DNA of 45,568 nt from Candidatus Saccharimonadota bacterium (GCA_017992395.1 JAGOOS010000001.1:1-45568), one strand, 5' to 3'; shown: positions 18,057 to 28,505, numbered from the stretch's first letter. Notes: generated from the sequence alone by a model not told the origin. Made by a program: numbers and translations.

Positions 18057-19430
18057 ATGAATATGAAGATAATAAATAAACTCAAAATTAATCAGAATGC
18101 TCTAAAATTAACTTCAGTGTTCCTAGCGTTTGCGATTGCTACATTTGGTAGCATCGCAGCACTAGCCTGGGGTCCAGAGAGACAAACATATACGATTGAA
18201 AAACCTGCAGATAAAGTTACGTTTAACTCAATCACAAATAATCCAAACTATGGAGATGAACGTAATTTTACAATCGCTAAACTTACATCAGAAGGTACTG
18301 ATAAGTGGCGTGATGTTGTGGAAGTTAGTGAAAATGCTGAATACACAATTAGGGTTTATGTGCATAACAACGCTGCGGATAACCTAAAATTGACTGCAGA
18401 AAACACTAGAGTTAAAGCAAGTATACCGACTACTCTAAGTAATCAAGTGACGATTCAAGGTCAAATTAGTGCTAGTAATGCAACACCTCAAGATATTTGG
18501 GACCAAGTAGTCTTCAAGAGTGATAGTAAGAAATTCAATATCGCTTATGTCGCAGGTTCTGCTCGATACTATAACAATGTTAATCCATCAGAAGGTTTTC
18601 AATTATCAGATGACATTATAACTAATACAGGCTCACTGCTTGGTTATGAGAAAATGGATGGTAAAATCCCCGGATGTTTCCAATATTCTGGTATAGTAAC
18701 TTTCAAAGTTAAAACTCAGGTTCAAAAACAGGCTGACTTCAACGTAAGCAAACAAGTTAGAAAAGTTGGTGAAACTGAATGGCAAAAAACTGTCAAAGCA
18801 AAACCTGGTGATAAAATTGAATATCGTATTGGTTATGACAACGTAGGTGAATCAACCCAAAATAACGTTATAGCTAAAGACGCTCTACCTAAAGGAATTA
18901 CATATGTTAGCGATAGTACATATCTAAAGAACGCAAGTAATCCAAATGGTGATGGTATGAAACTAGCCTCAAATGATTTGACTACTAAAGGCGTAAACAT
19001 TGGTAACTACGCGCCAAACTCAAATGCATTCGTTAAATTTACTGCACAGATTGCAGAGGCAAAAGATTTATCTTGTGGATCAAATAAACTAACCAACAAG
19101 GTAAATGTGTCGACTGAAAATGGTGCAAAAGAAAATACCGCTGATGTGGAAGTTGACGTAGAATGTAAAGACAATGAATGTAAGCCGGGTGTTCCAGAAG
19201 GAAGCGCAGAGTGTGAAGACACAGTCGTGCCAACGGAATTACCTAAAACTGGACCAATGGAAGCAGCTCTTATGATAATTGCAGTAACAGCAATTACGGG
19301 TGGTGTAGCTTACTGGTACAGAAGCCGTGAAGAAGTTAAAAAGGCGACAGCTGGACTAACTCCAAACGAGCACAAAATTAACCCAGATGAAAAAGATATT
19401 ACTAAAGAATCTAAAAAAGAAAATAAATAA
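18057..19430 (+). CDS. Secreted surface protein with DUF11/isopeptide-type Ig domain and LPxTG-like anchor
   Basis: Signal peptide ending ALA|WGPER. VSKQVR...AKPGDKIEYRIGYDNVG...KDALPKGITYV...LTNKV. LPKTG at 19239-19253 is followed by a TM helix and a basic tail. Confidence 0.85.
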   Translation: MNMKIINKLKINQNALKLTSVFLAFAIATFGSIAALAWGPERQTYTIEKPADKVTFNSITNNPNYGDERNFTIAKLTSEGTDKWRDVVEVSENAEYTIRVYVHNNAADNLKLTAENTRVKASIPTTLSNQVTIQGQISASNATPQDIWDQVVFKSDSKKFNIAYVAGSARYYNNVNPSEGFQLSDDIITNTGSLLGYEKMDGKIPGCFQYSGIVTFKVKTQVQKQADFNVSKQVRKVGETEWQKTVKAKPGDKIEYRIGYDNVGESTQNNVIAKDALPKGITYVSDSTYLKNASNPNGDGMKLASNDLTTKGVNIGNYAPNSNAFVKFTAQIAEAKDLSCGSNKLTNKVNVSTENGAKENTADVEVDVECKDNECKPGVPEGSAECEDTVVPTELPKTGPMEAALMIIAVTAITGGVAYWYRSREEVKKATAGLTPNEHKINPDEKDITKESKKENK

Positions 19431-19447
19431 TACTTAGATAATCACTT

Positions 19448-19481
19448 AAAATCCCACTCCATATAAGTGGGATTTTATTTT
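19448..19481 (+). terminator. Terminator after the surface-protein operon
   Basis: AAAATCCCACT/AGTGGGATTTT stem plus ATTTT. Confidence 0.85.
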
Positions 19482-19489
19482 ATACAAAT

Positions 19490-19526
19490 AAAATAGCCCA
19501 TTATTCTGAGTAAATTGGGCTATTTT
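19490..19526 (-). terminator. Terminator after rplU
   Basis: AAAATAGCCCA/TGGGCTATTTT inverted repeat downstream of the minus-strand gene. Confidence 0.75.
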
Positions 19527-19546
19527 CGATGGCTGGCCGGCCTTTA

Positions 19547-19867
19547 TTATTTGGTTGCAGCTTTGATTGAAGTGATTTCAACCTTGCTGTATTTTTGACG
19601 ATGTCCGTTTTCTTTGTGTACGCGCTTCTTTGATTTATAGCGGATAACACGGATCTTTTCGCCCTTTACAAGTTCGTCAACAACTTTGGCAGAAACTTTC
19701 ACACCTTTCACTACAGGAGTTCCAACTTCCACTTTGTCGCCGTCAATTAGCATCAAAGCGTCGAGTTTGAGCTCTTTAGTTCCTTGCGGGAGGAGGTCCA
19801 CCAGAAGGGTCTCTTTTTCGCTAACGATAAATTGTTTACCGCCAACTTTTACGACTGCTTTTTTCAT
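19547..19867 (-). CDS. rplU: 50S ribosomal protein L21
   Basis: AVVKVGGKQF, GTPVVKG, KGEKI and GHRQKYS. Confidence 0.97.
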   Translation of the reverse strand: MKKAVVKVGGKQFIVSEKETLLVDLLPQGTKELKLDALMLIDGDKVEVGTPVVKGVKVSAKVVDELVKGEKIRVIRYKSKKRVHKENGHRQKYSKVEITSIKAATK

Positions 19868-19974
19868 AAAATCCTTTTATTAATTGATATCTTCGCTAGT
19901 ATAGCATATTTTAGACTATTATTCAACAGTTAATATATTGGCAAGCTGAAGCATTTTGTGATATAATGACGAAT

Positions 19975-20745
19975 ATGAAGGTGATTTCTATAACCAACCA
20001 AAAGGGTGGGGTGGGTAAGACAACAAGTGCTATAAATATAGCTTATTTTATAGCAAAAACTGGGCGTCGTGTGCTACTTTTGGACTTTGATCCACAGGGA
20101 AATGCGACGAGCGGTTTAGGTGTGGATAAAAATCAATTAGAAAATACTATGGCTGATGTCATTTCTGGAGATATCACGCTTAAAGATATCTTGATGGAGA
20201 CTGGCTATAAAGGGCTTAAACTAGCTCCAGCGACACCGGTACTAGCTAATACTGAGGTTGAACTAGCTAATACGAAGGGTCGGTTCACTAGACTTAAAAA
20301 TGCAATCGAAACGGTTGAAAAAGACTTCGATTATGTAATTATAGATTCACCACCAAGCCTAAGTTTATTAACAGTCAACGGGTTTATCGCCAGCGATTAT
20401 TTAATCCTACCAGTGCAAGCCGAGTTTTATGCCATGGAAGGTTTAGGTCAACTACTTGAGAGCATGAAGCTAGTTAAGAAGGGTATGAACCCAGATCTTA
20501 ATTTACTAGGTGTTCTTCCAACTATGGTTGATTCAAGAACAACTCTTAGTGGGCAAGTATATGAAGAGATTAAAAAATTCTTCCCTGGAAAGGTGTTTAA
20601 TACGCCGATACCACGAAACATTAGATTAGCCGAAGCGCCAAGTCATGGTGTACCTGTAGGTGTTTATGATAGGTTTAGTAAAGGCGCTAGAGCATATAAG
20701 GCTGTTACGAAAGAAATTATTACACGTGTAGAAGGAGAAAATTAA
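19975..20745 (+). CDS. parA: Chromosome partitioning ATPase ParA/Soj
   Basis: NQKGGVGKTT, DFDPQGNAT, IDSPPSL and IPRNIRLAEAPSHG. Start set at 19975 because the 19966 ATG overlaps the -10 TATAAT. Confidence 0.96.
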   Translation: MKVISITNQKGGVGKTTSAINIAYFIAKTGRRVLLLDFDPQGNATSGLGVDKNQLENTMADVISGDITLKDILMETGYKGLKLAPATPVLANTEVELANTKGRFTRLKNAIETVEKDFDYVIIDSPPSLSLLTVNGFIASDYLILPVQAEFYAMEGLGQLLESMKLVKKGMNPDLNLLGVLPTMVDSRTTLSGQVYEEIKKFFPGKVFNTPIPRNIRLAEAPSHGVPVGVYDRFSKGARAYKAVTKEIITRVEGEN

Positions 20746-21644
20746 TGGCGAAAAAAGGTTTAGGCAGAGGATTTTCATCTTTAATCCCAACAGAGATGCT
20801 AATTGACGACGAGTTCGACCCTAGTTTGGGCGTGGATGAAAAGATTAGTAAACTTGTAGATATTCCACTCAAAGAAATTATGCCTGATCCTGATCAGCCA
20901 AGGCGTCATTTTGACGAAGAAGCGCTTAACGCTCTAGCTAATTCTATAAAAATACACGGAGTATTGCAGCCGATTGTAGTAGTTAAGAATAAAAACAAAA
21001 AAGATAGCACTAGTACAAAGTATGTAATTGTAGCGGGCGAGCGGCGCTATCGAGCTTCGACTATTGCCGGACTTAAAGGTATTCCTGCGATCGTGCGCGA
21101 CTTAAGTGGTCAAAATAGACTAGAGTTAAGCCTAATTGAAAACCTTCAGCGTGCGGATTTAAACGTGCTTGAAACTGCCACTGCTTACCTAAAGCTTCGT
21201 GATCAATTCAACATGACGGCCGAACAAATTGGTCAGCGTGTAGGTGGTAGAAGCCCAAGTGCCATTATCAACACTATGCGAATCTTAAAGTTGCCAGACG
21301 TAGTTAAACAGAATATCCGCTCTGGAGAGTTGACCGAGGGCCAAGCGCGACCACTACTTAAGGCGGATGAGGAAACTATAAATGAGATTTTGCCTAAGAT
21401 TCTTGCCGAGAATTGGAGTGCTAGAAAAATTGAGCAACTCATGGTTCAGCTTAAAAAGCGTCAGCAGGCTGGAGAGAAGAAATCTTTGTCAAAAATGCCT
21501 TATGAGAACACGATTAAAAAATTGTCTACCAAACTAAAGACCGATGTTAACATCAGATCTTCTGCTAGAGGTACTGGGCAAATCACAATCAAGTTTAAAA
21601 ACGAAGACGAGCTAAAACGTCTTGAAGAACTTTTATCTAAATAG
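20745..21644 (+). CDS. parB: Chromosome partitioning protein ParB/Spo0J
   Basis: KGLGRGF, QPRRHF, GVLQPI, AGERRYRA and LIENLQRADLN. Confidence 0.97.
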   Translation: MAKKGLGRGFSSLIPTEMLIDDEFDPSLGVDEKISKLVDIPLKEIMPDPDQPRRHFDEEALNALANSIKIHGVLQPIVVVKNKNKKDSTSTKYVIVAGERRYRASTIAGLKGIPAIVRDLSGQNRLELSLIENLQRADLNVLETATAYLKLRDQFNMTAEQIGQRVGGRSPSAIINTMRILKLPDVVKQNIRSGELTEGQARPLLKADEETINEILPKILAENWSARKIEQLMVQLKKRQQAGEKKSLSKMPYENTIKKLSTKLKTDVNIRSSARGTGQITIKFKNEDELKRLEELLSK

Positions 21645-21655
21645 GTAAGATAAAA

Positions 21656-22255
21656 TTAAAACGATCGTAGTTTGTTAAAAGGATAAATCCTTAAAGAGGC
21701 GGGCCCAACTACGTCATAAAGAGGCACAGTTCCTAGGCCACTTCGTGAGTCGTAGGAATTATTTCCTTCACGGTTGTCTCCAGATACGAACAATTCTTTA
21801 TCTGGTACAGTCCATTCTCCATCATGTGAAGTGTAGGCCTTTGGTTCACCATTAAAATCGTCATCTGGGTGAAAACCGCCTGGGTTTTGATCGTTATAAA
21901 CAGTCAAAACACCATTTTCTACTTTCACACGCTCGCCCGCAAATGCTATAACTCTTTTGACTATATATTGATCGATCATCCCGGGTGTATAACTTGGGTT
22001 TTGGAAGACTATTATATCTCCACGTTGTGGCGTATATTCAGTGTTTTGTAGGTGCGCCCAAGTGACGGGTAGTCTGTTTACGATTATTCTCTCGCCATCA
22101 TGAAGCGTGTTCTCCATGCTTTGACCGACGACATTATAACTTCTAAAGACGAAAGTATTTATAAGTACTGTTCCGACTGTAACAGCCAAGATAAAACCAA
22201 TAACGCTTAATGCGTCGATAATCTGTGGATGTCGTTGCCAAAAGCTACTTTTCAT
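21656..22255 (-). CDS. lepB: Signal peptidase I
   Basis: N-terminal TM, SMENTL (catalytic Ser), RGDIIVF, VKRVI (catalytic Lys) and GDNR...S.DSR. Confidence 0.96.
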   Translation of the reverse strand: MKSSFWQRHPQIIDALSVIGFILAVTVGTVLINTFVFRSYNVVGQSMENTLHDGERIIVNRLPVTWAHLQNTEYTPQRGDIIVFQNPSYTPGMIDQYIVKRVIAFAGERVKVENGVLTVYNDQNPGGFHPDDDFNGEPKAYTSHDGEWTVPDKELFVSGDNREGNNSYDSRSGLGTVPLYDVVGPASLRIYPFNKLRSF

Positions 22256-22328
22256 TTCTATATTTTATCATATCGAATATATTTATACAAATTGTGCTTA
22301 TCTTGTTATTTGTGATATAATACGATAT

Positions 22329-23105
22329 ATGGAGTTTATTAAGATTGTTCGCAGGCGCTCATTTTTTAGTGGCGTGATGCACATACTGTTAAATATTTTA
22401 CTTGTAGCAGCCGTATGGCTTTCGATTATAGTTACTAATTCGCCCTATGTGGCGATTGCTCTAGTTTTTTTGAGCAAATGGAGAGTTTTTGCTGTTAGGC
22501 CACGATTTTGGGCGGCAAATATTAAGTCCAATTTAGTGGATTTAGTCGTATGCTTAAGCTTGTCTTTACTAATATGGTTAGCTGGTGCTGATTATATCAT
22601 TGCTCAAGCATCGATAGCAGCAATATATATAATCTGGTTATTGATTATTAAGCCGCGAAGTGAGAAATTGTTTGTTGAGATCCAATCGCTAATGGCTGTT
22701 TTTACGGGTTTTTATGCCTTATTCTCTATATCTTATAGCTGGCCGCTAGTAGCTATTGTAATATGTGCCTGGGTGATAGGCTACTCATCATTGCGCCATA
22801 TTATGTCCGACAGTGAAAGCGAAAACCTTGAGATATATAGTATGGCTTGGGGTCTTACTTTAGCCGAACTTTCTTGGTTGTTTAGCCATTGGGTTGTTGG
22901 ATATGCTATTTTTGGCATTAGTAGCATTGCCATTCCACAAGTTTCTATTATCGTAACAGTCTTGAGTTTTCTAATATTTACGATATTCTTATCAAAAGAA
23001 GATGATGATAAAATTAAATTTCAGGAGATAATTTTACCGGTAATCTTCTCTCTCGGAATTTGTTTTGTTGTAATGACCTTCTTTTCTGGTCTTCCAACTA
23101 GCTAG
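22329..23105 (+). CDS. Multi-pass membrane protein, hypothetical
   Basis: Many hydrophobic helices and a LSKWRVFAVRPRFW loop. Own promoter. Confidence 0.75.
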   Translation: MEFIKIVRRRSFFSGVMHILLNILLVAAVWLSIIVTNSPYVAIALVFLSKWRVFAVRPRFWAANIKSNLVDLVVCLSLSLLIWLAGADYIIAQASIAAIYIIWLLIIKPRSEKLFVEIQSLMAVFTGFYALFSISYSWPLVAIVICAWVIGYSSLRHIMSDSESENLEIYSMAWGLTLAELSWLFSHWVVGYAIFGISSIAIPQVSIIVTVLSFLIFTIFLSKEDDDKIKFQEIILPVIFSLGICFVVMTFFSGLPTS

Positions 23106-23148
23106 TATTTTTAAGTTTAATTTAAGAAAAAGGTGGTAAATTTAAAGT

Positions 23149-24321
23149 ATGAATGAAGAAAATATTACAAATGAGTCAAAAAAGTCAAAAAAATCTGTAA
23201 ACTCGAAAGTTAAGGTAATTGTTTCGAGTATTATGGCCGCTATAGTTCTATCTGTTGTGGCTATAGTTATCGTACAAAACTATACTACTCAATCCAATGT
23301 AGTCCAAACCCCAACCGTCCAAAATGATGGTAATAGTTCTAGTTTTTCAGAAGAATCAGCTTCTATCGAGGATGTCGCAAATAAACTCTCTCCAAGTGTT
23401 GTGTCGATCGTAACAAAATCTCAATCTTCATATGGTAGATATAGCATATCTAGAGAGACTCAAGGGGCGGGAACTGGAATAATAGTCAGCTCAAATGGCT
23501 ATATATTAACCAATAAACATGTTGTTGATGGCGCAAGCACAGTCTCAGTTGTGCTTTATGATGGTACTTCATATGACTCTGCAGAGGTAATTGCTACCGA
23601 CCCGTTAAATGATATTGCGTTCTTAAAGATTGATGGCGCAGATAATTTGACTGCTGCTGAGCTGGGTGATAGTAAAACTCTAAATATCGGACAACAAGTT
23701 ATTGCTATAGGCAACGCATTAGGGCAATACCAAAATTCCGTTACGAGTGGTATTATTTCAGGTACAAACCGCACTATTACTGCTTCAAGTAGTGATTCTA
23801 GTACAGACACAGAAACCCTTACAGATATGATTCAAACAGATGCGTCAATTAATTCAGGTAATTCTGGCGGGCCGTTAGTTAATGCTAAAGGTCAAGTTAT
23901 TGGAATAAATACTGCAGTTGATTCAAGCGCTCAGGGCATCGGGTTTGCAATCCCGATTGGGGCCGCTAAAGGGATGTTGAGCGAGATTCTAGAAACTGGT
24001 AGTGCAAAACGCGCATACATCGGTGTGAGCTACGTTCAAGTTACTCCAGAGGTAGCAAAGGAATATAACCTTTCAGTGAATAAGGGCGCTTATGTATATT
24101 CTGAGAGTGGATCAGCAGTAGTTTCAGGAAGCCCAGCTGCAAAAGCCGGCATTAAAGACAAGGACATCATTACGAAGATTAATGGCGTTGAAGTTGGGAT
24201 AAAAGGTAGCGTAGCAAGTCTCACTGCAGAATATAGAGCCGGAGATACTATTAAAATTACTATATTACGTGATGGAGAAGAAAAAGAGCTACAAGTTCAA
24301 CTGGGCTCATACTCAGAATAA
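23149..24321 (+). CDS. htrA: HtrA/DegP-like serine protease with one PDZ domain
   Basis: N-terminal TM, LTNKHVV, DIAFLK, QTDASINSGNSGGPL and C-terminal PDZ (GSPAAKAGIK). Confidence 0.93.
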   Translation: MNEENITNESKKSKKSVNSKVKVIVSSIMAAIVLSVVAIVIVQNYTTQSNVVQTPTVQNDGNSSSFSEESASIEDVANKLSPSVVSIVTKSQSSYGRYSISRETQGAGTGIIVSSNGYILTNKHVVDGASTVSVVLYDGTSYDSAEVIATDPLNDIAFLKIDGADNLTAAELGDSKTLNIGQQVIAIGNALGQYQNSVTSGIISGTNRTITASSSDSSTDTETLTDMIQTDASINSGNSGGPLVNAKGQVIGINTAVDSSAQGIGFAIPIGAAKGMLSEILETGSAKRAYIGVSYVQVTPEVAKEYNLSVNKGAYVYSESGSAVVSGSPAAKAGIKDKDIITKINGVEVGIKGSVASLTAEYRAGDTIKITILRDGEEKELQVQLGSYSE

Positions 24322-24330
24322 ATTCTTTAA

Positions 24331-25197
24331 TTATCTACTAAAGACTAGGCAATAATCGGCCTGGTCTTTTAATTTAAGGTTAAGGTTGTTTGCGAAATCT
24401 ATTATTTCTTTATGTTGCTCGGGGTCGGCTTCAATAAATAAAAGTCTTAGTTTACTCAATTCGGAGGACTGTTGTACAAGTTTTTTAATTAATCCTAAGC
24501 CTTTATCGTTAGCGTATAATGCGTTTCGTGGTTCGTAGTGGAGCTCATTGGCTATATTTTGGTCAACCCAATCAACATTAACATAAGGTAAGTTGGCTAT
24601 AATAACAGTAGTTTTCTGCTTAATATTTTCAGGTATATCTATAAGGAGGTCGCTCTGTATGAACTTAACATTAGCCTTAAGAGTATCGGCATTCGTATGG
24701 GCAACCTCCAGGGCTCTAGTTGATATGTCGCTGGCATACGCTTTGATTTGTGCGTCTTTAAATTCTAAAAAAGCTGTAATCGCTAGAGTTCCGCTGCCGG
24801 TTCCAATATCTAAAAGAATGTCGTTATCATGAATAAATTTTTTATACAACTCAATCAGATTTTCGCTTTCTGGGCGAGGGATTAGCACGTCTTTTGTTAC
24901 TCTGAAACTTCGTCCATAGAACTCTTTTTCACCAAGAATATAGGCGATTGGGATTCGCTTAGATCGTTTGTTCAACCAGTTATTGGCATGAAATAATTGC
25001 TGCTTGGAGAGCCTTTTGTTTGGGAAAGCATGCAGGACTGTTCTGGGCCTGTTTATGGCTCTAGATAATATTATTTCGGCATCTAGCTTAGGCGATGGTA
25101 TTTTTGCTGTAGCTAATTTATTTTCCGCATGTAGTAACCATTCTGATACGCAAAGCGCAGCAGAGCAATTAGTGGGGTGAGGCTCTTCTTTTTTCAT
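24331..25197 (-). CDS. prmC: Release factor glutamine methyltransferase
   Basis: PIAYILG.KEFYG, VLIPRPESE, DIGTGSG and NLPY; downstream of prfA. Start uncertain (25197, 25221 or 25245). Confidence 0.92.
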   Translation of the reverse strand: MKKEEPHPTNCSAALCVSEWLLHAENKLATAKIPSPKLDAEIILSRAINRPRTVLHAFPNKRLSKQQLFHANNWLNKRSKRIPIAYILGEKEFYGRSFRVTKDVLIPRPESENLIELYKKFIHDNDILLDIGTGSGTLAITAFLEFKDAQIKAYASDISTRALEVAHTNADTLKANVKFIQSDLLIDIPENIKQKTTVIIANLPYVNVDWVDQNIANELHYEPRNALYANDKGLGLIKKLVQQSSELSKLRLLFIEADPEQHKEIIDFANNLNLKLKDQADYCLVFSR

Positions 25198-25204
25198 CGT
25201 CTGA

Positions 25205-26281
25205 TTATTTCTCCGAGGCATTATCAGCTGCGAGTTCACGTTCATAAGCTTGCAGATGCTCGACTAGGTCTTCAATTTGGCCATTCATGGCTGCTGGTAT
25301 ATTACTCCTCGAATAGCTGATTCTGTGATCGGTTATTCGGTCTTGAGGGAAGTTATATGTGCGGATTTTTTCACTTCTATCGCCAGAGCCGATTAAAGAT
25401 CTCCGTTCAGCAGTTAACTTTGCTTGCTCTTCTTCGATTCTTGCCTGAAGAAGTCGGGCTCGAAGCACGCTCATGGCCTTTTCTTTATTTTTAATCTGTG
25501 ATTTTTCGTCTTGGTTAGTGACGACTATGCCAGTTGGTAGGTGAGTGATACGTACGGCAGAGTCGGTCGTATTGACTGACTGCCCGCCATGTCCACCGCT
25601 TCGATAAACATCAATTTTTAAGTCGTTTGGGTTTATCTCGATATCAGTTTCTTCGGCCTCAGGTAATACTGCAACTGTAACTGTTGAAGTATGGATTCGG
25701 CCTTGGCTTTCAGTTGCTGGTATCCTTTGAACTCTATGCACGCCGCTTTCAAATTTAAGTTTTGCATATGGTGAGTCGCCTTTAACTTCGAAAATCACTT
25801 CTTTATATCCGCCAGTGTCGTTTGCGCTTTCGCTCATTAGATCGGTTTTTAGATGATTGGTTTCACAGTAGCGCAAATACATGCGGTATAGCTCGGCTGC
25901 AAATAGTGAAGCCTCGTCACCACCAGCACCGGCTCGAATTTCAACGATTGCATTTTTCTCATCGTTTGGATCTTTTGGTGCGAGCATAATAAATAATTCT
26001 TCTTCTAAGTCTTGAAGTCTTTGCTCATTTTCAGAAATCTCCATTTTCGCAAGCTCAGCTAGTTCGCCTGATTCTGAAGATATGAGTTCTTTTGCTTCAA
26101 CGATATCGTTTTCTAGAGTTTGGCGTTCTTCGCCTTTTTCAATAATCTTTTCAAGGTCGGAAAACCGTTTGTTCTTTGTTGAGAATTCTGGGTCAGAGTA
26201 AGCGCTTGGTGCGCTTAAAAACGTCTCAATCTCTGAGTACTCTTTTTTTAATTTGTCTAAATTTAAGTCGATTTTTGGCAT
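25205..26281 (-). CDS. prfA: Peptide chain release factor 1
   Basis: [23 protein letters not shown] (PxT) and GGQ. Start probably MPKIDL at 26281 (track 26293). Confidence 0.97.
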   Translation of the reverse strand: MPKIDLNLDKLKKEYSEIETFLSAPSAYSDPEFSTKNKRFSDLEKIIEKGEERQTLENDIVEAKELISSESGELAELAKMEISENEQRLQDLEEELFIMLAPKDPNDEKNAIVEIRAGAGGDEASLFAAELYRMYLRYCETNHLKTDLMSESANDTGGYKEVIFEVKGDSPYAKLKFESGVHRVQRIPATESQGRIHTSTVTVAVLPEAEETDIEINPNDLKIDVYRSGGHGGQSVNTTDSAVRITHLPTGIVVTNQDEKSQIKNKEKAMSVLRARLLQARIEEEQAKLTAERRSLIGSGDRSEKIRTYNFPQDRITDHRISYSRSNIPAAMNGQIEDLVEHLQAYERELAADNASEK

Positions 26282-26345
26282 ATATATGAACATTATACCA
26301 AATATAACTAGTTTTTTGAAGATTGAAATGTGATATTATGGATAT

Positions 26346-27005
26346 ATGAAATATAATTCATGGCGTGAATTTATTGATAATGAATCAAAAAAGTCGTATT
26401 TTCGTAAGCTAATCAATCGTGTAGACACTGAGCGCGTTCGAACGGAAGTTTATCCTGAGCGCAAAGACATGTTCTCATGTTTTGCTGCCTGCCCGATGAA
26501 TAAAACGAAGGTGGTAATTATTGGCCAAGATCCGTATCATGGGCCCGGCCAAGCGCATGGCATGAGCTTTTCGGTTCGTCCTGGAATTAAAATTCCACCA
26601 AGCTTGCAGAATATCTATAAAGAACTAGAAAGCGATTTGGGTATAGTACCGCCCGAAAGTGGCTATTTAGAAAAATGGGGCAAAGAAGGTGTTTTACTGA
26701 TGAACACTTCATGGAGTGTCGAAAAAGGCAAACCAGGTAGTCACGCTGGGTATGGCTGGATGGAATTTTCTGAGAATTTACTGGAAGTTCTAAACGAGTT
26801 TGATCGGCCGCTAGTATTTATACTATGGGGAGCTCACGCTCAAAAAGTTGGTGCTAAAATCACAAACCCTAAACATTTAAAAATCGAAAGTGCTCACCCC
26901 TCGCCATTTTCAGCTCATCGTGGATTTTTTGGAAGTAGACCTTTTTCGCGGGCGAATGATTTTTTAGTGAAGAATAGGGAAAAATCAGTTGATTGGCGAA
27001 TTTAA
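26346..27005 (+). CDS. ung: Uracil-DNA glycosylase (family 1)
   Basis: GQDPYH, PPSLQNIYKEL, GVLLMN, LWGAHA and HPSPFSA. Confidence 0.97.
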   Translation: MKYNSWREFIDNESKKSYFRKLINRVDTERVRTEVYPERKDMFSCFAACPMNKTKVVIIGQDPYHGPGQAHGMSFSVRPGIKIPPSLQNIYKELESDLGIVPPESGYLEKWGKEGVLLMNTSWSVEKGKPGSHAGYGWMEFSENLLEVLNEFDRPLVFILWGAHAQKVGAKITNPKHLKIESAHPSPFSAHRGFFGSRPFSRANDFLVKNREKSVDWRI

Positions 27006-27672
27006 TGAGCTGTATTATCGCAAGGTAACGAGAGAGACGATTTTTTGGCATGGAACTGGACGATATAGGTATGATAAAAAATTCAATAAAGTAGATATTT
27101 TAAATAATATAACTGATTACGGGATAAAGCCATACAAAGATTATTACAATTTTATAAATCCCGGAATTAAAACTATTTCTCTTGCGAAAAATAGATACCA
27201 CGCGCTTCCATATGCGGATATGCATCAAAAATATAAAAAAATTGGCAAAAATCGTTCATATAAAATGACTGATTTTGTAAAAAACTACATACAATACTCT
27301 GGTGAAGAAATGCAAAAAGAAATACAAGCTTTAAATTTACCTATTAATGATATAAGTAAACTGATGAAAGAACAAAATTGGTCGAAAAAGATTAATAAAT
27401 CATCAGTGTTGATTAGTGATGCATTTTTGGGCGGGACTGATATAAGCCGAAATTTTCCAATTCTTATAGGAGTTCGTGAAGTGCCAACAATTAAAGATTT
27501 AGCAAGATATCTTGCGGAGTTTGAAGTACGTTCTTTAGATAATATGGCTATAGATAAAATTACTCACTTAGAGGTTCCTAGATCGAAAATAATTATTGTA
27601 CAAATGGTTTTATTGTTTAAAGGTGTAAATATTCCAGTATTCGCCATTGAGGATATAGAATATAAATCATAG
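26989..27672 (+). CDS. Hypothetical protein with ADP-ribosyltransferase-fold-like motifs
   Basis: 227 aa AT-rich ORF with FWHGT, I...GIKP, ISLA...A..YA and EFEV. GTG start overlaps ung; true start uncertain. Confidence 0.6.
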   Translation: MIGEFNELYYRKVTRETIFWHGTGRYRYDKKFNKVDILNNITDYGIKPYKDYYNFINPGIKTISLAKNRYHALPYADMHQKYKKIGKNRSYKMTDFVKNYIQYSGEEMQKEIQALNLPINDISKLMKEQNWSKKINKSSVLISDAFLGGTDISRNFPILIGVREVPTIKDLARYLAEFEVRSLDNMAIDKITHLEVPRSKIIIVQMVLLFKGVNIPVFAIEDIEYKS

Positions 27673-27679
27673 ATAATAT

Positions 27680-27710
27680 AAAATATGCGCTCATATCGAA
27701 CGCATATTTT
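27680..27710. terminator. Bidirectional terminator between convergent genes
   Basis: AAAATATGCG/CGCATATTTT inverted repeat. Confidence 0.7.
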
Positions 27711-27735
27711 ATACTCAATTTGTGAGATTTTTTGA

Positions 27736-28056
27736 TTATTTCTCAGCTTTTTTAGCTTTTTCGGCTGTTTGCTTCTTTGCTTTGTTGGCGAGTGCAGCTT
27801 TTCGGGCTTCAGCCATTTCTTGTGAGCGCTTGAAGCGATCAACACGACCTTCGGTGTCGATAATCTTCTCTTCGCCAGTGAAGAACGGGTGAGAAGCACT
27901 AGAAATGTGAACTTTCACTAGTGGATATTCATTTCCGTCTTCCCATTTGATAGTTTCTTTTGAATCCGCAGTCGATTTAGTAAGAAATGCGAATCCAGCA
28001 ACTTCGTCGCTAAATACGACAAAGCGATAATTTTCTGGATGTAAATTCTTTTTCAT
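27736..28056 (-). CDS. rpmE2: 50S ribosomal protein L31 type B (Zn-free)
   Basis: [36 protein letters not shown] and GRVDRF, with a Lys/Ala C-terminal extension. Confidence 0.96.
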   Translation of the reverse strand: MKKNLHPENYRFVVFSDEVAGFAFLTKSTADSKETIKWEDGNEYPLVKVHISSASHPFFTGEEKIIDTEGRVDRFKRSQEMAEARKAALANKAKKQTAEKAKKAEK

Positions 28057-28145
28057 AACTTTACCATTCTATCAAAACTACTATAAAAAAGCAAGTAGTT
28101 TAGTTAATAATGGATCGAACTTAGTAACTATGATAAAATAATAGT

Positions 28146-28499
28146 ATGAAAAATTTAACATTTAATAATTATCAAAAACAGGCAATTACAACAGATAAAT
28201 TTGGCGGCGGTCGGCATGATGCTAGTGATCCAGCTTTTATGGCGAAAGTTTTGGGTCTATGCGGCGAGGCCGGAGAAGTGGCTGAAAAATTTAAGAAAAT
28301 AATTCGCGACAAAGATGGCAAGCTGGACGCTGAAGATAAGGTTGAGATCGCAAAAGAACTGGGTGATGTTTTGTGGTATAACGCAATTATTGCAAATTAT
28401 TTGGATATAGAATTTGCCGATATTGCCCAAGCCAATTTAAAGAAACTTGCTAGCCGTAAAAATCGTGGCAAAATTAGCGGGTCAGGTGATAATCGCTAG
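28146..28499 (+). CDS. MazG-like nucleotide pyrophosphohydrolase
   Basis: LGLCGEAGEVAEKFKK, KELGDVLWY and NLKKL.SR..RG...GSGDNR. Confidence 0.92.
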   Translation: MKNLTFNNYQKQAITTDKFGGGRHDASDPAFMAKVLGLCGEAGEVAEKFKKIIRDKDGKLDAEDKVEIAKELGDVLWYNAIIANYLDIEFADIAQANLKKLASRKNRGKISGSGDNR

Positions 28500-28505
28500 A
28501 AAGTC

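Noticed and set aside
19868..21660. oriC or parS site near parAB
   Set aside because: No TGTTTCACGTGAAACA-like palindrome or DnaA-box cluster was seen by eye, and gene orientation does not switch here.
27564..27899. 111-aa minus-strand ORF
   Set aside because: Alternate frame overlapping rpmE2 and crossing a terminator.
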